This document shows positions 1 through 6,325 of a DNA stretch of 62,867 nt, piece after piece. The stretch comes from Sphingomonadaceae bacterium (GTDB taxonomy: Bacteria > Chloroflexota > UBA6077). The stretch is from positions 1-62,867 of the forward strand of contig JBLNDL010000008.1 of the NCBI GenBank assembly GCA_050261575.1, given 5' to 3'. The position numbers were made by a program, and so were the translations under genes. Numbering within the stretch: the stretch's first letter is position 1; each line of letters begins with the position of its first letter. The notes below the pieces were generated by a model. It made no database searches, was not told where the DNA came from, and was given only the letters and a program-made list of their open reading frames with translations.

Positions 1-67
1 CGTTATCTCCAGTTCACGACAACTTCTGTGGCGGGAACGCTTACTCAATCTAGTGGTGCCTGCTCAG
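1..67 (-). repeat. ~75-nt dispersed hairpin element, copy 0 (diverged, cut by window edge)
   Basis: Reverse complement reads CTGAGCAGGCACCACTAGATTGAGTAAGCGTTCCCGCCACAGAAGTTGTCGTGAACTGGAGAT, which aligns to the copies at 1536, 29895, 39295 and 42876. Confidence 0.8.
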
Positions 68-139
68 CCAGGACCGGGGCGGTGTGCTGGGCTCCGTATC
101 TCCGGAGCCCAGCACTCCTTCACCCGAAGCGCATGCTCC

Positions 140-188
140 TTGACAGCCCTCGGCTAGTGTGATATTTGTACTACGCTATAGCGTACAA
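140..188 (+). promoter_or_regulatory. Putative promoter (-35 TTGACA) and palindromic GntR-type operator
   Basis: TTGACA at 140-145; perfect palindrome TACGCTATAGCGTA at 172-185; TTGTAC (166-171) and GTACAA (183-188) form an outer inverted pair; just upstream of the ATG at 202. Confidence 0.6.
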
Positions 189-201
189 TTGGAGCTACGC
201 C

Positions 202-1353
202 ATGGACCTGCGCCTGGACCCCTCTTCCCCCGATCCCATCCACCGCCAGATCGTCGATCAGGTGCGTCACCTCGTTGCCACTGGCCGCCTGGTGGCGGGG
301 GATCGTCTGCTGCCGGTGCGCTCCCTCGCGGCCATGTTGCGGGTCAACCCCAACACCGTCGCGAAGGCGTACCTGGAGTTGGAGCGCGCGGGCGTAGTCG
401 GCACCGCGGCCGGCAGGGGGACCTTCGTGGCGGGCGCGGCTCCCTCCAGGGTGGCCGGCTTCCGGGAGGATCGGCTGCGGGAGATCCTGGGTAGGGCCGT
501 GCTGGAGGCCCTCAGCCTCGGCTACAGCCAGGAGCAGATCGAGGGAGCCATGGCCCTCCAGCTCGCGCGGTGGCGAGAGCTGCGCTCCGGAGGAAGCGAG
601 CCTGTGGTGCAGGACGGCGCGGCTGAGCCGGCCACAATCCTGCGCATCGCGGGGAGCCACGATCTCGCGCTGGACCTGCTGATCGGCCAGTTGGCTCGCG
701 CCAGGCCGGAGCTCTCGGTCGTTACGTCCTACGTGGGCAGCCTCGCCGGTCTCATCGCATTGCAGCGCGGAGAGGCGCAGGCCGCGGGCTGCCACCTGCT
801 GGACGAGGAGACTGGGGAGTACAACCTGCCCTTTGTTCGGCGCATCCTGCCGGGCGAGGAGGTGCTGCTGGTGAACCTCGTCCACCGTCAGCAGGGGCTG
901 ATGGTCGCCAGGGGCAACCCGAAGGCGATCCGTGGGCTCGAGGATCTGGCCAGGCCGGAGATCGTGATGGTGAACCGCCAGAAAGGGGCGGGCACCCGGG
1001 TGCTGCTGGACCTCCGACTCTCCCGGTTGGGGATCGCCCCGGAGGCGGTTGCAGGCTACGACCACGAGGTGGGGACTCACACGGCGGTGGCGGCGGCCAT
1101 CGTCGACGGCTCGGCAGACGTGGGGCTGGGGATCCTGTCGGCAGCCAAGGCGATGAACCTCGATTTCATCCCGCTCGCCACCGAGAGGTTCGATCTGGCC
1201 ATTCCCGCGGCTCAGTGCGAGACCCCTGAGGTGACCCACCTGCTGGCGGCCCTGCGCTCCGAGTCCTTCAAGGCTGTGGTTCGGGAGATGGGAGGCTACG
1301 ACACCTCGGAGACCGGTGTCACCGTCGGCACGACCGGCGCGGCGGCGATGTGA
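202..1353 (+). CDS. GntR (YtrA-like) wHTH fused to a molybdate/tungstate-type PBP-like domain; transcriptional regulator
   Basis: N-term PIHRQIVDQ...LLPVRSLAAMLRVNPNTVAKAYLELE; C-term GSHDLALDLL, GSLAGLIALQRGEAQAAGCHLLD, VNRQKGAGTRVLLD as in MoeA-associated PBP domains; GGAG RBS before ATG 202. Confidence 0.9.
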   Translation: MDLRLDPSSPDPIHRQIVDQVRHLVATGRLVAGDRLLPVRSLAAMLRVNPNTVAKAYLELERAGVVGTAAGRGTFVAGAAPSRVAGFREDRLREILGRAVLEALSLGYSQEQIEGAMALQLARWRELRSGGSEPVVQDGAAEPATILRIAGSHDLALDLLIGQLARARPELSVVTSYVGSLAGLIALQRGEAQAAGCHLLDEETGEYNLPFVRRILPGEEVLLVNLVHRQQGLMVARGNPKAIRGLEDLARPEIVMVNRQKGAGTRVLLDLRLSRLGIAPEAVAGYDHEVGTHTAVAAAIVDGSADVGLGILSAAKAMNLDFIPLATERFDLAIPAAQCETPEVTHLLAALRSESFKAVVREMGGYDTSETGVTVGTTGAAAM

Positions 1354-1411
1354 CGTGTGGGGTGGGGACTCGCCGCGAACGAGGACGTCGTGCGCCCTGC
1401 CCCTTCGTATG

Positions 1412-1505
1412 TGGAGCCTGGGTTGTCTCAACCCAGGCGGTCGGTGGCTCCACTTGCCGGGAGTCGATGCCCGAGGTCCGTCGGGGTTGTCCCAACCCCG
1501 GCTCC
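1412..1505. repeat. Pair of REP-like hairpins (GGAGCC-stem-TGTCYC-stem family)
   Basis: CCTGGGTTG-tct-CAACCCAGG and GTCGGGGTTG-tcc-CAACCCCGGC; related hairpins at about 84-114 and 3356-3384. Confidence 0.6.
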
Positions 1506-1535
1506 GAAAGGTCTTACCCGGGTGACTACCCGCCT

Positions 1536-1612
1536 CTAAGCAGGTGTCTCTGGATAGTAGAGCACACGTTTCCCGCCGCCGAAGTTGACGTGAACTGGAG
1601 ATGCCTGCCTAG
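1536..1612 (+). repeat. ~75-nt dispersed hairpin element, copy 1 (tupA leader)
   Basis: CTAAGCAGGTGTCTCTGG...CACGTTTCCCGCCGCCGAAGTTGACGTGAACTGGAGATGCCTGCCTAG; outer stem with G-U pairs, inner stem CACGTT/GACGTG. Confidence 0.9.
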
Positions 1613-1654
1613 ACCGCCGCGTCCAGCGTCCAGGACGAAGAGTTGAGGTGAGGG

Positions 1655-2506
1655 GTGAGAAAGGCATTACTAGCGATTCTGGCGATACTCCTGTTGGCTG
1701 CTGCCGCCTGCGCACCGGCGGCCGCGCCGGCCAAACCCGCCAATCCGGATCTTATCCTCGCGACCACCACCAGCACGCAGGACAGCGGGTTGCTGGACGT
1801 CCTGATCCCGATGTTCGAGAAGTCCTCCGGCTACCGGGTTAAGACCATCGCCGTGGGATCGGGCCAGGCGATGACCATGGGGCAGCGTGGTGAGGCTGAC
1901 GTGCTGCTGGTCCACGCCCCAGACTCTGAGAAGAAGTTCGTCGAAGACGGCTTCGGTGTGAATCGCCAGTTGGTGATGCATAACGACTTCATCATCGTCG
2001 GACCTCCGGAGGACCCGGCGCAGGTGAAGGGCACCAAGGCGGCGGGCGAGGCCCTGAAGAAGCTGGCCTCCACCAAGACGCTGTTCGTCAGCCGCGGCGA
2101 CAACTCGGGCACCCACCAGCTAGAGCTGAAGCTGTGGAAGAATGCTGGCATCGACGTGAAGGGCCAGAGCTGGTACCAGGAGACCGGCCAAGGAATGGGC
2201 GCCACCTTGAACGTTGCGGCAGAGAAGAAAGGCTACGTCCTGACCGATCGGGCCACCTACCTTGCCCAGAAGAGCCGGTTGGGTCTGGACATCCTGGTGG
2301 AGGGTGATGCCGCCTTGATGAACATCTACCACGTCATCCAGGTGAACCCCGCCAAGTTCCCCAAGGTGAACGCCGATGGCGCCAAGGTGTTCGTGGACTT
2401 CATGGTGGCCAAGGACACCCAGGATGTGATTGGGAAGTTTGGGGCGGACAAGTTCGGCCAGCCCCTCTTCTTCCCTGACGCCGGAAAGCCGGAGCCAGTA
2501 CAGTAG
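1655..2506 (+). CDS. tupA: Tungstate ABC transporter substrate-binding lipoprotein
   Basis: Lipobox LAAAAC; TupA signature ATTTSTQDSGLL; SRGDNSGTH motif. Confidence 0.93.
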   Translation: MRKALLAILAILLLAAAACAPAAAPAKPANPDLILATTTSTQDSGLLDVLIPMFEKSSGYRVKTIAVGSGQAMTMGQRGEADVLLVHAPDSEKKFVEDGFGVNRQLVMHNDFIIVGPPEDPAQVKGTKAAGEALKKLASTKTLFVSRGDNSGTHQLELKLWKNAGIDVKGQSWYQETGQGMGATLNVAAEKKGYVLTDRATYLAQKSRLGLDILVEGDAALMNIYHVIQVNPAKFPKVNADGAKVFVDFMVAKDTQDVIGKFGADKFGQPLFFPDAGKPEPVQ

Positions 2507-2511
2507 AGTGA

Positions 2512-2590
2512 CGAGGACTGAGGACTGAGTCTCGGGTGCTGTGTTCTGAGCGCTCGGTTCTGAGCGACACTCTCTCACTCCTCAGTCCCG
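2512..2590. repeat. Heptamer-periodic (AGGACTG/CTCAGTC-type) inverted repeat tract
   Basis: GAGGACTGAGGACTGAG...CTCCTCAGTCC; similar tracts at 3325-3455, 31822-31900, 34792-34868, 39745-39815 and 41289-41350. Confidence 0.65.
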
Positions 2591-2594
2591 ATTC

Positions 2595-3308
2595 TTGGGG
2601 GTAGACGCGTTGGATCTGATTTGGGAGGGACTAAGCAAGGCGTTCTGGCTGTTGGTGTCCGGAGACCCGGAGGTGGTGCGGGTCACCCTGCTCTCCCTCC
2701 AGGTTTCTGGAACCGCTACCCTCCTCAGCCTGGCCGTCGGGATCCCCCTGGGGACCGCCCTAGCTCTCAGCCGCTTTCCGGGGCGTCAGTTGGTGGTGAG
2801 CCTGGTGAACACCGGGATGGGGATGCCGCCGGTGGTGGTGGGTCTGGTGATCTCCGTCCTGCTGTGGCGAAACGGCCCGCTCGGGGTGCTGGGGATCATG
2901 TACACGCCAGCCGCCATGGTGATCGCCCAGACGGTGATCGCGGCACCGATGGTCACGGGCATCACCCTGGCTGCGATGGGGTCGCTGAACCCCAAGCTGC
3001 GGCTGCAGATCCTCTCCTTGGGGGCGACCCGATGGCAGATGCTGTGGCTGCTGATGAGGGAGGCGAAGCTGCCCTTGCTGGCGGCGGTCATGGCCGGCTT
3101 CGGCGCAGTGATCTCCGAGGTGGGGGCCTCGCAGATGGTGGGCGGCAACGTTCTGGGACAGACCCGGGTGATGACCACGGCCATCGTCATGGAGGTCGCC
3201 AAGGGGAACTTCGACGTGGCCTTTGCCCTCGGCGCCCTTCTCCTCCTGCTGATGTACGGGGTAAACCTGGTGCTCACCTACGCCCAGCAGCGCAGCCGGC
3301 CCATGTAG
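2595..3308 (+). CDS. tupB: Tungstate ABC transporter permease (start may be TTG 2610)
   Basis: VNTGMGMPPVVVGL, FGAVISEVGASQMVGGN, TRVMTTAI; follows tupA. Confidence 0.92.
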   Translation: MGVDALDLIWEGLSKAFWLLVSGDPEVVRVTLLSLQVSGTATLLSLAVGIPLGTALALSRFPGRQLVVSLVNTGMGMPPVVVGLVISVLLWRNGPLGVLGIMYTPAAMVIAQTVIAAPMVTGITLAAMGSLNPKLRLQILSLGATRWQMLWLLMREAKLPLLAAVMAGFGAVISEVGASQMVGGNVLGQTRVMTTAIVMEVAKGNFDVAFALGALLLLLMYGVNLVLTYAQQRSRPM

Positions 3309-3463
3309 CAGGTTCAGGGTAGCCTTGGGTCCCGAGTGCTGAGTTCGGGTATCTCGGAGCCGGCGTTATCCCTAACGCCGGCTCATGCTTCTCTCCATCA
3401 GCAGGGTGGTCGGGCAGGAGCACCCAGGACTCAGCCTCCAGCATCCGGCACTCAGAGTTGCCC

Positions 3464-4945
3464 CTAGCCGTCCTCCAGGATGACCACCCGTCCGTGGAGG
3501 CTCCCGTCGGGCTGGCGGAGCGGCATGCCGGTCAGCTTGATGCTTCTCGAGGAGTCCCCGGTGCCCCGCACCGCCAGCTTCGCGGTCACCGTCTCTTTCG
3601 GATTGGCTCGAAGTCGCGCGATCACCTCGTCCAGATCGCGCGCGTCGGCGAGACCCTTCCTCACGTGGGCCGTCCACTCCTTCAGCGGGAGCCCGCCCCT
3701 CTTGGGGCCCACCCCCAGCATCCAATAGACCGCCGGGTTCGCGAAAGTGATGTTCAGGTCGGCATCCAGCAGGCCGATGCCGTGGTTGTTTATCTGGTCG
3801 ATCGCCGTCGCCAGGGTGTGGCGGCCCTCGATGGCTTGCTCATAGAGGCGGGCGTTCCGGATGGCCACAGCCGCGTGCTGGGCGAACGCCTCGGCCAGGG
3901 AGACGTCCGAGGTGTCGAAGCGTATCCTTTCCAGGTAGCAGAATGCGATGGCTCCGAGCACCTCCCGGTCGCAGATCAAGGGCACCGCGAGGGTCGACCT
4001 GTAGTCCGCCGGTTTCGGATCGGCCAGAATGTCCGCCGCGGACTGGGGCCTGGGGCTCAGGTCGATCGCGGGTCTGCCGGCCTCGATCGCCTGCCGTACG
4101 GCGCCGGCAAGTGGGTCTCCCGCGAGTGAAACGGAGCGGCTGCAGTTGCCGTCTCGCTCCCTCCCCACACCTTGGAGGGAGGCACCGGAGGGGGGTTGGT
4201 CTGCCAGGAAGACCGCGCTGAACTCCGCGGCCAGCAGCCTGGAGGCGCAGTGGACCACGCAGTCCAGCACCCGGTCTAGCTCCAGGTGGCTCCCGATCTG
4301 GGTCGCCATCTCCCTCAAGCTGTTGGCCCTGGCGAGCTGCTCCTGCAACTGGTCGAGGAGCCAACTGCGCTCCACGGCCATCGCAACCGGGGAGGCTATT
4401 GCCCTCAGAATGTCCTTCTCCCGAGCGGTGAAGCGATGGGCGCCCGAGTACCCGATCGCCATGGTTCCCACCACGCGGGTCTTACCCTTCAGCGGCATGG
4501 TGCAGATGCCGCCCATGCTGCCGTTTTTCTTGGGATCGGTCTCATCCTCTCGTCGGAGCAGCAGGTTGGCGCAGTGGACCATATCCCCTTTCTGGATCGA
4601 CTTCCGGCCGTAGATCCTGGCTATACCCTCCCAGGCGTACTGGAGGGTGTCGCCGGGGGTGTGGCGCGAGACGCACACCAACTCGTCCTCGCCGTCGGCC
4701 AGATGGATGAAGGAGACCTGCGACCTGCAGATCTTCGCCCCCAGCCGGCACACCGTGTCCAGCACCTCTGGTAGGGGGCGATCGGAGGAGAGGAGGGTGG
4801 AGACCCCCATCAGGGTCGAGAGTTCAGTCATCCGGTCGGACAGGTCGATGGTGTGGCCGAGGCTATCCTCGGGCCACTGGGCGTTTCCGTTGGTTGCGGC
4901 CGCTTCCTCGGGTAGCGGTTTTGTCGAACGGCGGCTTCCCTGCAA
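3464..4945 (-). CDS. GAF-GAF-PAS sensory protein with no evident output domain
   Basis: Two GAF domains (ICTMPLKGKTRVVGTMAI...; STLAVPLICDREVLGAI...AAVAIRNARLYE), then a PAS domain (LLDADLNITFANPA...GRVVILED) and stop. Confidence 0.8.
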   Translation of the reverse strand: MQGSRRSTKPLPEEAAATNGNAQWPEDSLGHTIDLSDRMTELSTLMGVSTLLSSDRPLPEVLDTVCRLGAKICRSQVSFIHLADGEDELVCVSRHTPGDTLQYAWEGIARIYGRKSIQKGDMVHCANLLLRREDETDPKKNGSMGGICTMPLKGKTRVVGTMAIGYSGAHRFTAREKDILRAIASPVAMAVERSWLLDQLQEQLARANSLREMATQIGSHLELDRVLDCVVHCASRLLAAEFSAVFLADQPPSGASLQGVGRERDGNCSRSVSLAGDPLAGAVRQAIEAGRPAIDLSPRPQSAADILADPKPADYRSTLAVPLICDREVLGAIAFCYLERIRFDTSDVSLAEAFAQHAAVAIRNARLYEQAIEGRHTLATAIDQINNHGIGLLDADLNITFANPAVYWMLGVGPKRGGLPLKEWTAHVRKGLADARDLDEVIARLRANPKETVTAKLAVRGTGDSSRSIKLTGMPLRQPDGSLHGRVVILEDG

Positions 4946-5002
4946 CGAGTGCCTCCACTGATTGTTTGGACTGGCGCGGATGCCACCCGCCGTGCGAAAG
5001 GG

Positions 5003-5398
5003 CTACTTGGCCCGACGGGGCAGCCGCCGGACCCGATCGTCGAGGGTCTCTCGGATCCTGGCCATCAGAGCCTCCTCCTCCACCGGCTTCAGCATGAAGT
5101 CGTCGGCGCCTGCCTCCAGACACCGATCGCGGGCCATCAGCACGCTGAAGCAGAGAACGGGTATGCTCGCGGTGGCGGGATCGCTCTTGAGTCGACGGCA
5201 GAGGGAGAAGCCATCTCCTCCTCGTAGGACTGTGTCCAGCACCACGAGGGCGGGATGCTTGGCCCGAATCGTCTCGTAGGCGTCATCGGCATCGTGGGCG
5301 ACCAGCACCTCCCTCCCTTCCTGTTGGAGGAGTTGCAGCAGCTCCGAGACGAAGGGGTCCCTTGCTGCTGCAGCGATGAGCACGGCACGCGGGGCCAT
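5003..5398 (-). CDS. Single-domain response regulator (receiver)
   Basis: PALVVLD, DGFSLCRRLKSDPATASIPV, GADDFMLKP; RBS GAGGAG. Confidence 0.88.
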   Translation of the reverse strand: MAPRAVLIAAAARDPFVSELLQLLQQEGREVLVAHDADDAYETIRAKHPALVVLDTVLRGGDGFSLCRRLKSDPATASIPVLCFSVLMARDRCLEAGADDFMLKPVEEEALMARIRETLDDRVRRLPRRAK

Positions 5399-5638
5399 GG
5401 CGCTCTCCTCGATAGCTACTTGTCTCGTTACGCTGGAACGGGGCTTGGTCGTGCCCTAACGCATTAGACCAACAAGCCCCGAACCACGCCGAGTATACAG
5501 CAACACTGCTCGAAAGGAAATACAATCGCTGCTACGAATGATAGTTGAGGATGGGGAATAGTGATTGCGAAAGTGGTATTACTTCAAGCACGTAGTAGCT
5601 GATTAACGTGGTAATAACAACAAGCAGGTTGTTGCTGG

Positions 5639-6136
5639 TTAGAGGTCGATGTCCAGCGAGCTATCGTGCTCGGCGATGCCCCTCTCCAGCTCGGTAGGAG
5701 TGGCGAAACCGCGGATAAGCACCGTCTTTACCCTCTCTGCCCGGGCCAGCTCTGCGACCCCCCAATCCTTGGTGACCACCGCCACCATCGCCCCGGACCC
5801 TCTGGACTGCTCGGCCTTCGCCCGCAGCACCAACTGCCGATCGGTGCTCACGGTATCGACGGGTGCGCCGGGAAGGATGCGGAAGGTGGTGCCCGAGCGC
5901 CCCACGGGAACCCCGATCTGAATGCCCCGTCGACGGGCCAGCGTCTCCAGGGCGCCGAGCGCGGTGAGTGCGGCGCCCGCCTGCCCCCTCGCCCGGGCTC
6001 GGGCGAGCCCGCGAAGCTCCCGCATCACCTCGGGGATCACCACCACGGTGACCTGCCGGTCGGGCAAGCGGTAGTTCTCCGGCCTGGGGCAGTCCAGCAG
6101 TATGTTGGTGTCGAGGAACAGGATCGCAGGGCGCAC
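5639..6136 (-). CDS. Stand-alone PIN-domain protein
   Basis: LFLDTNILL...IPEVMREL...TDRQLV...VVTKD acidic pattern; GTG 6136 with GGAGG RBS; own extended -10 (TGCTATACT, 6155-6163, minus). Confidence 0.8.
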   Translation of the reverse strand: MRPAILFLDTNILLDCPRPENYRLPDRQVTVVVIPEVMRELRGLARARARGQAGAALTALGALETLARRRGIQIGVPVGRSGTTFRILPGAPVDTVSTDRQLVLRAKAEQSRGSGAMVAVVTKDWGVAELARAERVKTVLIRGFATPTELERGIAEHDSSLDIDL

Positions 6137-6325
6137 GTTACCTCCCCTCTCGCGAGTATAGCACGGGGCTGCGGGGGCGGGACCCGTTTCGAGCCGTAGG
6201 GCCGAAGCATCGGCGCCCGACGACGGCGCAGCGCGCAACGGATACGCGCCAATGCTTCGCCCCAACGGGTTGGATCTCCCCGGCAACGTGCGCTGCGCCT
6301 GCTGGGAGACGGGAGACAGAGGGAA

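Noticed and set aside
1354..1535. Moco/Wco riboswitch expected upstream of tupA
   Set aside because: I could not find the conserved motif blocks; the hairpins here belong to dispersed repeat families.
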